Source: Candidatus Zixiibacteriota bacterium (GTDB lineage: Bacteria; Zixibacteria; MSB-5A5; WJJR01). Taken from it: 25,753 nt of DNA. The stretch is from the NCBI GenBank assembly GCA_036170655.1, contig JAVHPP010000172.1:1-25753 (forward strand). The letters are read 5' to 3'. The translations under genes and the position numbers were made by a program. A model generated the notes under the pieces. That model saw only the letters and a program-made list of their open reading frames with translations. It was not told the origin of the DNA and ran no database searches. Below, one piece after another: positions 17,547-25,753 of this stretch (within the stretch, counting starts at the first letter, position 1; each line of letters begins with the position of its first letter).

Positions 17547-20030
17547 TTAGAAACTGCCTCCAAATTGAAAGTGCGGTTTGATCTTTCCCTTCTTGATGCC
17601 CAGCGCTGGTATTCCACGGAGGGGAATGCCGAAATCGAACCCCAGTGTTCCCATGCCCGGCACGGCGATGCGGAATCCGAACCCGTAGGCCGAGTACATG
17701 TTCGAGAAGGGTGCCATCTGCGAAGCGTTCAGCCAGACATTGCCGGCATCAAAGAACAAGATGCCATGAATCTGCTGCTGCACAATGGGAAATGTCATTT
17801 CCGCGTTCATGACCGCCAGCGCACGGCCGCGGACCAAGCGAGAGGGCATGTAGCCAGAGGCCGCGGCGCCCGGCAGCAAGCTCGTCAGAGGAGCATGCGC
17901 CTGCATGCGGACGGCGCTCGACGTGTCCAAGAACGCACTGGCGAGAATCGCACCGTCATCATAACCACGGATCATGCCGTCAGAACGAATGCCGCCGGCG
18001 TAGAAGCTCTCCGCCTGCGGAACCGATGTGAGACCAGCTCCGCCCTCGATCAGCCCCACTTTCCAGACCGGCGCCAGCGTCAGACCCTTCCAGACCGGCC
18101 AGTACTGGGCATGCGTGACGATGTGTTTTCTGTATGTCCATTGACCGCCAAACACGCCGCCCGCGAATTCGACGCTATAGGAGGAGCGGGATCCGCGCGT
18201 CGCAAATTCAGGCAGGTCGCGCGAGTCGCGCGATATAGTCAGTGACGTGGAAGAGGTCGTCTGCGGCCAAGTGAATTTGTCATACGAGAACGGGTTGCTG
18301 AGATTGTAAGTACCATACTCGCTGGAAAAATCCTTGTAATTCACGCTCTCAAAGCGATAATCCCAGTAGACACGGAAATAGTCATCGGGCCAGCGTAGAC
18401 GACGCCCTAAACGCAGGCTAAACCCCCGGCGCAATTCGGCGTAATCGTTCGTTCCCGGAGTCTGCGGTTCATCCCAAGTGCGCGCGGTGTTGTGCAGATC
18501 CAGACCGAGACTGGTCGGAGTATCGAGGAACCAGGGCTCGGTGAAACCCAGGGAATACGACTGGCGCCGCTTGCCGAAATCCACCGACAGATTCGCATCC
18601 TGTCCATTGCCAAGGAAGTTGGGGATTCCCAGCGAGACAGTCCCGACGAGCTTGTCCTGACCGGAGTAGCCCGCCCCCACTTGCACCTGCCCAGTGGGTT
18701 TCTCCTCAACTTTGATCGCCAGATCGACCTGGCCATCCGGCAGCACCTTGTAATCGGGTGTCACATTGGAGAAGAAGTTCAATTGCATGACATTTCGCAG
18801 CGAACGCATCAAGTTGGAGCGGCGAAACACCTCCCCAGGGTAGATGGCCAGTTCGCGGCGAATGACCTTGTCCTTGGTCTTAACGTTGCCCTCGACATTG
18901 ATCAAGTGGACATGCGCTGGGACCCCCTCGGAGATCTCGTACGTCATGTTGACCGTGGAGTCGGCGGTTTTCGTTTCGTCGGTGACGCGGGCGTAGAGGT
19001 AGCCGTCCTCCTGGTAGGCGGTGTAGATGTTCGCGATCGATTCCTCGAATCTCTCCTGATCGTACACATCGCCCGGATGATACTTCAAGGCCCGGCGCAG
19101 CTTGTCCTCACTGAATATCTGCTGCCCGGTGAACGTTGTCTTTCCGAAGAAGTACCGCGTTCCCTCACTGACCGCCAGCCGCAAGGTCACCTTCGTTTTG
19201 GCTTCGTCCAGGATGATGGTATCAGAGACGAGAATGGCATCCAAGAAGCCATTCTTCTTGTAGGTGTCGAGAATCGCCGTCTTGTCGTCGTTGTATTTCT
19301 CGCGATTGAATTTCCCGCCGCCAAAGATGGACTTGAGCAGCCCCCGCGGCTTGTTCTTCATCTTCTTCATCAAGGCATTGGCGGAGAGCTGCGTGTTACC
19401 CTCGAAGACCACGGCCTCGACGCCGACCGGCTTGTTCTCCTTGATGTCGAAGACGGCATCGGCTTCGCCGATCACAGAGGTCGGCGCCACGCGCGAGCTG
19501 ACTTCGACCAGAAAGAATCCCTTCTCTCTGTAGGCGCGACGGATCAGGCGCTCGGCATCACGCAGCCGGCCGGGCGACAGTGTCTGGCTATTCTTCAAAT
19601 CCAGTTTGAAGTCTGCCTCTTTGATTTCCTTGTTGCCTTTGAAGACCAGTTTGCCGAGCCGTGGGGATTCCACAACCTTAATGATCACGCGCAAACCGCC
19701 GCCAAATGGCTCGCCCAAGATCCGGACATCGTCGAAGAGCTTGAGTCCATAGACCTGATGAATCGCCTGTTGAAGGATGTCGGGAGTGAGCGTCTGGCCG
19801 GGAGTCAGACCGCTCACATTCTTGATCAACTGGGCATCCGTGCCCTTGTTCCCCTGAACAGTGACCTCGGCAATCGTCTGGTCGCCCGAGCGGGCGATAG
19901 GCGCAGACATCAGCAGCAAACAGAACAAGACACCGGCAATCGGCCAGAGGCGGACACCCCTGAAAGCGGCCGCGTGTTGCTGGTATCTTGCGTGTGCAGC
20001 GGAACGGGTGTCCCGCATATACCTATCCAT
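17547..20030 (-). CDS. bamA: Outer membrane protein assembly factor BamA
   Basis: Five POTRA starts (VTVQGN, LVFKGN, VVFEGN, TTFTGQ, INVEGNVKTKDKVIRREL), NFLGNGQ, FTEPWFLD, IRGY loop-6 motif, C-terminal HFQFGGSF. Confidence 0.96.
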   Translation of the reverse strand: MDRYMRDTRSAAHARYQQHAAAFRGVRLWPIAGVLFCLLLMSAPIARSGDQTIAEVTVQGNKGTDAQLIKNVSGLTPGQTLTPDILQQAIHQVYGLKLFDDVRILGEPFGGGLRVIIKVVESPRLGKLVFKGNKEIKEADFKLDLKNSQTLSPGRLRDAERLIRRAYREKGFFLVEVSSRVAPTSVIGEADAVFDIKENKPVGVEAVVFEGNTQLSANALMKKMKNKPRGLLKSIFGGGKFNREKYNDDKTAILDTYKKNGFLDAILVSDTIILDEAKTKVTLRLAVSEGTRYFFGKTTFTGQQIFSEDKLRRALKYHPGDVYDQERFEESIANIYTAYQEDGYLYARVTDETKTADSTVNMTYEISEGVPAHVHLINVEGNVKTKDKVIRRELAIYPGEVFRRSNLMRSLRNVMQLNFFSNVTPDYKVLPDGQVDLAIKVEEKPTGQVQVGAGYSGQDKLVGTVSLGIPNFLGNGQDANLSVDFGKRRQSYSLGFTEPWFLDTPTSLGLDLHNTARTWDEPQTPGTNDYAELRRGFSLRLGRRLRWPDDYFRVYWDYRFESVNYKDFSSEYGTYNLSNPFSYDKFTWPQTTSSTSLTISRDSRDLPEFATRGSRSSYSVEFAGGVFGGQWTYRKHIVTHAQYWPVWKGLTLAPVWKVGLIEGGAGLTSVPQAESFYAGGIRSDGMIRGYDDGAILASAFLDTSSAVRMQAHAPLTSLLPGAAASGYMPSRLVRGRALAVMNAEMTFPIVQQQIHGILFFDAGNVWLNASQMAPFSNMYSAYGFGFRIAVPGMGTLGFDFGIPLRGIPALGIKKGKIKPHFQFGGSF

Positions 20031-20050
20031 GGTTGACTGGCCGGGTCGGC

Positions 20051-20368
20051 TCAGGACCGGATATCTACGATGCGCACGAGCGTGTGAGGCTGACAGTGGC
20101 CATTCTTGCGGCGGTACGCTGCCCGTTTCTTGTGCTTGAAGACCACGATTTTCCCATCACGACCCTGCTTGACGATCTCCCCGACGATACGTGCCCCTTC
20201 CACAAAGGGTCTCCCGGGAGTCACCGTCTCGCCCTGTCGCAGGAGGAGCACATGGTCGAACTCCACCTTATCGCCGGTGGCACCGTCCAAACGCTCGACC
20301 CTGACCACATCCCCAACGGCAGCAGCATACTGCCTCGCTCCGGATTCAAAGATTACGGCATAATTCAT
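20051..20368 (-). CDS. rplU: 50S ribosomal protein bL21 (divergent)
   Basis: YAV..SGARQY...GD...VERL, GRPFVEGA.I.GEI, KIVVFKHKKR..YRRKNGH.Q. GGAG RBS before ATG 20368. Confidence 0.93.
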   Translation of the reverse strand: MNYAVIFESGARQYAAAVGDVVRVERLDGATGDKVEFDHVLLLRQGETVTPGRPFVEGARIVGEIVKQGRDGKIVVFKHKKRAAYRRKNGHCQPHTLVRIVDIRS

Positions 20369-20417
20369 CAGCTGGCTCCATTTCGTGGCCGTCTCCCCAG
20401 ACGGCTGGCAAACTTCT

Positions 20418-20446
20418 ATTGTGCAGAAGAATGCCGTCATTGTCAA
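20418..20446 (-). promoter_or_regulatory. sigma70 promoter for rplU-bamA-skp-lpxD
   Basis: TTGACA-17 bp-CACAAT, about 50 nt upstream of the rplU ATG. Confidence 0.75.
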
Positions 20447-20622
20447 TGGGTATTTGAACTCCCCGCGCCAGGACCCACTCATGTTTGAGCGCCCTCGGCA
20501 GATACGTATACACGCGATCCAACCAGTTGTTTCCCATTTGCTTCCGATGTCTTGAATCGGCCCGCCGTCGGGTCAACGGGGTGATGTGGACAAAGCCTCC
20601 AGTTGAAATTCTTCGAAGGTGA

Positions 20623-20652
20623 TTGGCGAAACACGGACAAGCACAGTATCAT
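20623..20652 (+). promoter_or_regulatory. Putative sigma70 promoter for uvrB
   Basis: TTGGCG-18 bp-TATCAT. Confidence 0.45.
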
Positions 20653-20658
20653 GGCGTG

Positions 20659-22704
20659 ATGGCCACATCGTGCCCCAGCCCCAATGGACGGGAATTGGCA
20701 ACGTCTGTCTTCCAGCTCAAGAGCCCGTATGAACCGACCGGCGATCAGCCGACAGCAATCGATTCGCTGGCTGATGGACTCGAGCGCGGGCTGCACCACC
20801 AGACGCTTCTTGGGGTCACGGGATCGGGCAAGACGTTCACGATGGCCAATGTCATCGCCCGCTGGAACCGACCCACGTTGGTGATCTCTCACAACAAAAC
20901 ATTGGCCGCGCAACTCTATGGTGAACTCAAGTCGTTCTTCCCGGACAATGCGGTGGAGTTCTTCATCAGTTACTACGACTACTACCAGCCGGAAGCGTAC
21001 GTGCCCCAAACAGACACCTATATTGAGAAGGACACGTCGATCAACGACGACATCGACCGTCTGCGGCTGCGGGCGACCGCATCGCTCTTGGAGCGGCGGG
21101 ATGTGATCATCGTGGCGTCGGTCTCGTGCATCTATGGCTTGGGTTCACCGGAAGATTACAAGAGTCTGATGGTGTTCCTGGAGGTTGGCCAGACAATCCC
21201 GCGCGACGTGCTTCTGCACAAGCTGATTGACATCCATTACAGTCGCAACGACTTCGATTTTGCGCGCGGGACCTTCCGTGTGCGGGGCGACACGATCGAG
21301 ATCATGCCGGCCTACGAGCAGACTGCCGTGAGAGTCGAGCTGTTCGGGGACGAGATCGAAAAGATTTCGATCATCGACGCTTTGACCGGCGAAATCTTGC
21401 GTCAGCAGGACAAGAAGGCCATCTACCCCGCCAAGCATTTCGTCACCACGGTGCCACGCATTGCGCGAGCGGTCAAAAGCATCGAGAAGGAGCTCGCCGA
21501 ACGTCTGGAGGAGTTTCGCGGGCAGGACAAACTGCTGGAGGCGCAACGTCTGGAGTCGCGGACCAAGTTTGATCTGGAGATGCTCAAAGAGATCGGCTAC
21601 TGCACCGGGATCGAGAATTATTCACGGCATCTATCAGGGCGCAAACCGGGGGAGCGCCCGTCCACATTGCTCGATTTCTTCCCCCGCGACGATTTCCTTA
21701 CCATCATTGATGAGTCACACCAGACATTGCCACAGGTGCGGGGAATGTACGCCGGGGATCGTTCGCGCAAGGAAGTGCTCGTTGAGTACGGTTTCCGCCT
21801 GCCGTCGGCATTAGACAACCGCCCCCTGCTCTTCGACGAATTCTGGTCAACCCTCGACCGTGTGATCTATGCGTCGGCAACGCCGGCGGAGCTGGAGCTG
21901 GAAAAATCCGCGGGCGTGGTGGTCGAACAAATTATTCGTCCGACCGGTTTGATCGATCCTCAGATTATCGTCCGCCCATTGGACAAACAGGTGGATGATC
22001 TGCTCGAGGAGATTCGCAAGCGCGTCGCGGTCCGCGAGCGTGTGCTGGTCACCACGCTCACCAAGCGGATGGCCGAGGATCTGGCCGATTATCTCGCGCA
22101 AATGAAGGTGCGCGTTCGTTACCTGCACTCGGAGATCGACTCCATCGAACGGGTCGATATCTTACGCGATCTGCGTCTGGCCGAATTCGACGTGTTGGTG
22201 GGGATCAATCTGCTACGCGAAGGGCTGGACCTGCCGGAAGTCTCATTGGTGGCGATCCTCGATGCCGATAAAGAGGGCTTCCTGCGATCCGAACGTTCGC
22301 TGATCCAGGTTTCCGGGAGGGCGGCGCGGCATGTGAATGGCACGGTGATTATGTACGCCGACAGGATCACCGATTCGATGCGTAAGGCCATCGATGAGAC
22401 CGCGCGCCGCCGCACGATCCAGAAGCGGTACAACGAGGAACACGGCATCGTGCCGCAGACAATCGTGAAGACCGAAGAAGAGATCCGGCGGGCCACGGTC
22501 TTTGCCGACTCCAAGACCGATCTTCCCCTCTCAGAAAAGCCCGACCGCCCCAGCGGCTTCGAGCAAATGGAGATCGAAGACCAAATCATGTTTCTCACCA
22601 AGGCGATGAAGGATGCTTCCAAGAAGCTCGATTTCGAGCAGGCGGCGCGGCTGCGGGATGAGATTTCGGAGGCGCGGAAGCGGAGGCATGGAGGGCGGGG
22701 GTGA
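20659..22704 (+). CDS. uvrB: Excinuclease ABC subunit B
   Basis: [36 protein letters not shown] beta-hairpin, [16 protein letters not shown]-terminal UVR ([13 protein letters not shown]). Start is ATG 20659 or TTG 20695. Confidence 0.98.
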   Translation: MATSCPSPNGRELATSVFQLKSPYEPTGDQPTAIDSLADGLERGLHHQTLLGVTGSGKTFTMANVIARWNRPTLVISHNKTLAAQLYGELKSFFPDNAVEFFISYYDYYQPEAYVPQTDTYIEKDTSINDDIDRLRLRATASLLERRDVIIVASVSCIYGLGSPEDYKSLMVFLEVGQTIPRDVLLHKLIDIHYSRNDFDFARGTFRVRGDTIEIMPAYEQTAVRVELFGDEIEKISIIDALTGEILRQQDKKAIYPAKHFVTTVPRIARAVKSIEKELAERLEEFRGQDKLLEAQRLESRTKFDLEMLKEIGYCTGIENYSRHLSGRKPGERPSTLLDFFPRDDFLTIIDESHQTLPQVRGMYAGDRSRKEVLVEYGFRLPSALDNRPLLFDEFWSTLDRVIYASATPAELELEKSAGVVVEQIIRPTGLIDPQIIVRPLDKQVDDLLEEIRKRVAVRERVLVTTLTKRMAEDLADYLAQMKVRVRYLHSEIDSIERVDILRDLRLAEFDVLVGINLLREGLDLPEVSLVAILDADKEGFLRSERSLIQVSGRAARHVNGTVIMYADRITDSMRKAIDETARRRTIQKRYNEEHGIVPQTIVKTEEEIRRATVFADSKTDLPLSEKPDRPSGFEQMEIEDQIMFLTKAMKDASKKLDFEQAARLRDEISEARKRRHGGRG

Positions 22705-22728
22705 TTCGAGTTGTCATTAGTGCCGGCG

Positions 22729-22770
22729 TGGACGATATGGACAAGTAAATGGACAAGACATGGACAAAAC
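22729..22770 (+). repeat. Short tandem TGGAC(AA) repeats
   Basis: TGGAC at 22729, 22738, 22750 and 22761; ATGGACAA three times. Confidence 0.7.
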
Positions 22771-22773
22771 GAA

Positions 22774-22813
22774 GACAAGGGAATCCGGCACTGACGTGCA
22801 GCATTCCCTTGTC
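22774..22813. terminator. Hairpin between convergent uvrB and cstA (possible terminator)
   Basis: Perfect 11-bp arms GACAAGGGAAT / ATTCCCTTGTC with an inner GCAC/GTGC stem; only short U-runs flank it. Confidence 0.55.
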
Positions 22814-22839
22814 CTTTGGTACCACTTAGTGAGTTGAAA

Positions 22840-24522
22840 TCAGGTCTTTTGCGGCGTCAGCGATCCCTTCCGCTCGCCGCGTAGTTTCGCGATGGCCGTG
22901 ACTGCCAGGTAGAGCGCCAGCAAGATCAGGGCGATGGCGGAGATGCTGTTGATCAGGGCGATGTCGAAACCGTTGGCAGCGCGGATGTTGGAGATGGCGA
23001 GTTTGCCCAGAGACCAGAGAGTGATGGTCAGGACGAAGATCATGGGTAGCAGTGTGAATGCGATTCGGCGACGCGCCTGATAGAGCCAAACAGTGACCGA
23101 CAGAAGCGAGAGTGCCGCGAGAAGTTGGTTGGAGGAGCCGAACAAGGTCCAGAACTTCACCCATGAACCTTCGGGTGCGACGGCGAGGAAATAGACCGGC
23201 AGCGCGATGGTGATGAGAGTCCCCCAGATCGCGCCCATTCTCCCCTTCCAGCCGAAAAGTTCCTGAATGATGAGCCGACCCAGACGCGTGCAGACGTCGA
23301 GTGTGTCGAAAACGAAAGTCGAGAAGGCCATCGCCCCAAAGGTTATGGCGAACTTGAGATTGGCCTTGCCGATGATCAGGCAGAGAAAGTTGCCGATGCC
23401 GTTGCCATAGATCGTCCCGGGCTTGAGGCCTTTGATGTCATCCTGGGTGACGATCATGATCGTCACCAAAGCGATCAACGCGACGAATCCCTCGGCGAGC
23501 ATCGCGCCGTAGCCGACCGGCTGCATGTGAGATTCGCGGTCGACCTGCTTGGACGTAGTCCCGGAACATACCAGCCCGTGGAAGCCGGAACACGCACCAC
23601 AGGCGATCGTGACAAACAGGAACGGGAACATCGCGCCGGTCATGCCGCCGACGTCCCACGACCGGAACGCTTCCTGCTTTATCTCATATCCACCGAAGAA
23701 AACGCCGACAATCCCAAGCGCGAGCGCCAGGTAGAGCACGAAACCGCCAAGATAGCCGCGCGGCTGCAGAAGCGCCCACACTGGCATGACCGAGGCAACG
23801 CAACAATAAGCCAGAATCAGAATGCCCCACATTCTGGCATCGAGGATCATCAAAGTCGAAATCTTGGTGCCGAAGTAGGCAAGTCCCAGGGTGGTCGGCA
23901 CAAAGATAACGGTCACGAGCCAGAGCGGCGGCTTCAGGTATCGCTGCACGATTCCCATGATCACCGCTAATAGCAGGTACATGACACTGGCCGCCGCGAC
24001 CGCGCCGCCGGGATTGAAACTGACTTTGACTGCCTCTAATTCTTCGGTAATACCAACGAAGCTGGATGCCGTGATGTCGGCAAAAGCGACGATGACATAG
24101 ATCAGGGCGATCCAGATAAACGCCATCATCGCCATTCCGGCACGGGGGCCAAGATGATCGCGGGTGATCTCGGCGATGGAGCGCGCCCCATGACGGACAG
24201 ATGCGGTCAGAGTCGAGAAATCATGCACGGCGCCGATCAGCACGACGCCCAAGCCAATCCAGAGCAGACAGGGCAACCAGCCAAAGGTCTGACAGGCGAG
24301 GATCGGTCCGGCAATCGGTCCGGCGGCAGCAATAGCGGAGAAATGCTGGGCGAAAAGATAGAACGGGCGCGTGGGGACAAAATCGATGCCATCGTTGACA
24401 GTGTGCGCGGGAGTGACCCGCTTGTCATCGATGGCGAACTGTCTGGCCACCCAGCCGCCGTAGAGACGGTAGGCGACGACCATCAGGACGAGAAACGAGA
24501 CAGTCAGTAGCAGGACACTCAT
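22840..24522 (-). CDS. cstA: Carbon starvation CstA family transporter (peptide/pyruvate)
   Basis: TPAH..NDG.DFVP, QHFSAIAAAGPIAGP, GAVHDF, WALLQPRGYL, FPFLFVTIACGACSGFH, VGYGAMLAEG, WTLFGSSNQLLAA. AAGGAGG RBS. Confidence 0.95.
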   Translation of the reverse strand: MSVLLLTVSFLVLMVVAYRLYGGWVARQFAIDDKRVTPAHTVNDGIDFVPTRPFYLFAQHFSAIAAAGPIAGPILACQTFGWLPCLLWIGLGVVLIGAVHDFSTLTASVRHGARSIAEITRDHLGPRAGMAMMAFIWIALIYVIVAFADITASSFVGITEELEAVKVSFNPGGAVAAASVMYLLLAVIMGIVQRYLKPPLWLVTVIFVPTTLGLAYFGTKISTLMILDARMWGILILAYCCVASVMPVWALLQPRGYLGGFVLYLALALGIVGVFFGGYEIKQEAFRSWDVGGMTGAMFPFLFVTIACGACSGFHGLVCSGTTSKQVDRESHMQPVGYGAMLAEGFVALIALVTIMIVTQDDIKGLKPGTIYGNGIGNFLCLIIGKANLKFAITFGAMAFSTFVFDTLDVCTRLGRLIIQELFGWKGRMGAIWGTLITIALPVYFLAVAPEGSWVKFWTLFGSSNQLLAALSLLSVTVWLYQARRRIAFTLLPMIFVLTITLWSLGKLAISNIRAANGFDIALINSISAIALILLALYLAVTAIAKLRGERKGSLTPQKT

Positions 24523-24654
24523 GGACGGGGCTCCCTCCTTCGGAACGGATCAGCATGGAAAAAGGATTGCGGCGCGTGGGCAAGAGTAATGTTGAGGAAA
24601 TTGATTAGGAGGAGAAGAGTAACGCGCGGATGCGGACGCGATTGCGTCGCTCAG

Positions 24655-24724
24655 GTAGGGGCGGGTTTCAAACGCGCTCTGCCGTCTCCGGCGGCGAGAG
24701 GGCGGGTTTGGACCCCGCCCCTAC
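24655..24724. repeat. Inverted pair of GTAG-family REPs (REPIN-like)
   Basis: GTAGGGGCGGGTTTCAAACGCGCTCT ... AGGGCGGGTTTGGACCCCGCCCCTAC; outer GTAGGGGCGGG/CCCGCCCCTAC is a perfect inverted repeat. Confidence 0.85.
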
Positions 24725-24751
24725 GGACCTGCTGATCATAACACTGGCGGC

Positions 24752-25441
24752 TCAGTTCTTTGCCAACTGACTCACTAATGCCTGCGCGATTCTACCATCC
24801 TGAAGAGAGAGACACCGATCGCCGGCCATCGCGACTTCGTGTGAGTGCGTGACTAAGATGATCGTTTTCCCGTCGCGGTTGAGACCCTCCAGCAGAGACA
24901 AGAGCTCGGTGGTCAGAGTCGGATCGAGACTGCCGGTCGGTTCGTCAGCGAGGATGACCGACGGGTTGTTCGCCAGGGTGCGCGCCATCGCCACGCGTTG
25001 CTGCTGTCCGACGGAGAGTTGCGACGGCTTGTGATTCAGACGGGCGCTTAGACCAACGCGCTCGAGAAGACCCACCGCGATCTGTTTGTGCTTACCCTGA
25101 TGGTTGCCGGTGAGCATCAGGGGCAGCGCCACATTTTCCCAGGCGGTCAGGTAGGGAATCAGATGGAACTGCTGGAAGACAAAGCCGATGGTCTCGGTGC
25201 GGAACTGCGCGAGTGCCGGAGGCGACTGGCGATAGATGTCCACACCGTCAAACATCACGCGACCCGAAGTGGGATGTAGCAACCCGCCCAAGGACATCAG
25301 CAGAGTGGATTTCCCGCTTCCGGAGGGGCCTGTCACCGTGAGGTATTCGCCCCTCTGTACTTCGAACGTCACACCATCCAGGGCCCGAATGGTCTCCCGG
25401 CCAACTGCAAAAGCCCGCGTCAGATTCTCAATTCGTATCAT
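24752..25441 (-). CDS. ABC transporter ATP-binding protein (LolD/MacB/SalX type)
   Basis: Walker [20 protein letters not shown], signature LSVGQQQRV, Walker [15 protein letters not shown]. Confidence 0.95.
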   Translation of the reverse strand: MIRIENLTRAFAVGRETIRALDGVTFEVQRGEYLTVTGPSGSGKSTLLMSLGGLLHPTSGRVMFDGVDIYRQSPPALAQFRTETIGFVFQQFHLIPYLTAWENVALPLMLTGNHQGKHKQIAVGLLERVGLSARLNHKPSQLSVGQQQRVAMARTLANNPSVILADEPTGSLDPTLTTELLSLLEGLNRDGKTIILVTHSHEVAMAGDRCLSLQDGRIAQALVSQLAKN

Positions 25442-25444
25442 GGG

Positions 25445-25753
25445 TCAAACCTCCTGAAGAGTGACGGAGGGGTCGAGTTTCGTGGCCCGATAGACCGGGA
25501 CAATCGCAGCGACCAGTGATAGACCCACGGAGAGGACAACGCTATACAATAGCCAGTCCGCCCTTGGGCTTACCGCAATCCCAGCCAGTCGGGGTCCCAG
25601 AATCACCGCGAGAACAGTTCCACCGAGGTAGCCGAAGACTCCTCCCACCAGCCCCAGAATGAGTGCCTTGAGCAGAAATATCCGCTGGATCAGTCCACGG
25701 CCTGCACCGAGCGCGACCAGAATGCCGACCTCGCGGCGGCGCTCATACACATT
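25445..25753 (-). CDS. ABC transporter permease, FtsX/MacB-like C-terminal domain (5'-truncated by window edge)
   Basis: ERRREVGILVALGA....IQRIFL, GLVGG..G, P..RATKLDP...L; directly upstream of the ATPase. Confidence 0.9.
   Translation of the reverse strand, partial: NVYERRREVGILVALGAGRGLIQRIFLLKALILGLVGGVFGYLGGTVLAVILGPRLAGIAVSPRADWLLYSVVLSVGLSLVAAIVPVYRATKLDPSVTLQEV

Noticed and set aside
18492..20036. 514-aa plus-strand ORF
   Set aside because: Antisense shadow of bamA; no motifs or RBS.
20482..20660. LexA/SOS box upstream of uvrB
   Set aside because: No match seen to CTGT-N8-ACAG, GAAC-N4-GTTC or GTTC-N7-GTTC; a lineage-specific box cannot be excluded.
22729..22813. CRISPR array
   Set aside because: Repeats are only 5-8 bp with 4-7 bp gaps; no cas genes.
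22826..23164. 112-aa alternate-frame ORF over the cstA 3' end (possible frameshift)
   Set aside because: The main cstA frame is intact through the WTLFGSSNQLLAA motif and final TM helices.
24523..24655. Riboswitch or LytTR (BtsR-type) direct repeats upstream of cstA
   Set aside because: No recognisable aptamer or convincing direct repeat; also no adjacent small YbdD/YjiX-like gene.

Overview
High-GC (roughly 60% by eye) bacterial chromosomal segment from a diderm organism. It is mostly housekeeping genes on the minus strand. In transcription order these are rplU-bamA-skp-lpxD, a secreted 7-repeat beta-propeller protein with a C-terminal dockerin-like module, a small scar (truncated secreted-protein gene fused head-on to a truncated DDE transposase), a complete H+-type F1Fo ATP synthase operon (atpZ/I-B-E-F-H-A-G-D-C), glutamate dehydrogenase, a secreted cyclophilin with a long repetitive stalk, then dxr-rseP-lepB. 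uvrB is on the plus strand, convergent with cstA, which lies downstream of a MacB/LolD-type ABC ATPase and a partial FtsX-like permease. The dockerin-like tail and D-S/T-rich envelope proteins suggest an FCB-group organism such as Ca. Zixibacteria (inference only). I found no CRISPR, rRNA, tRNA, defence island or intact mobile element, and no clear-cut new multi-gene system. The best leads are: (1) a cyclophilin stalk with 8 consecutive Asp residues each followed by Ser/Thr, resembling Bacteroidota-type O-glycosylation sequons; (2) the propeller plus half-degenerate dockerin protein; (3) Rex-like operators at the atp and gdh promoters; (4) rplU without rpmA and with a GHRQ->GHCQ change; (5) several different REP-like palindrome families in intergenic spaces.
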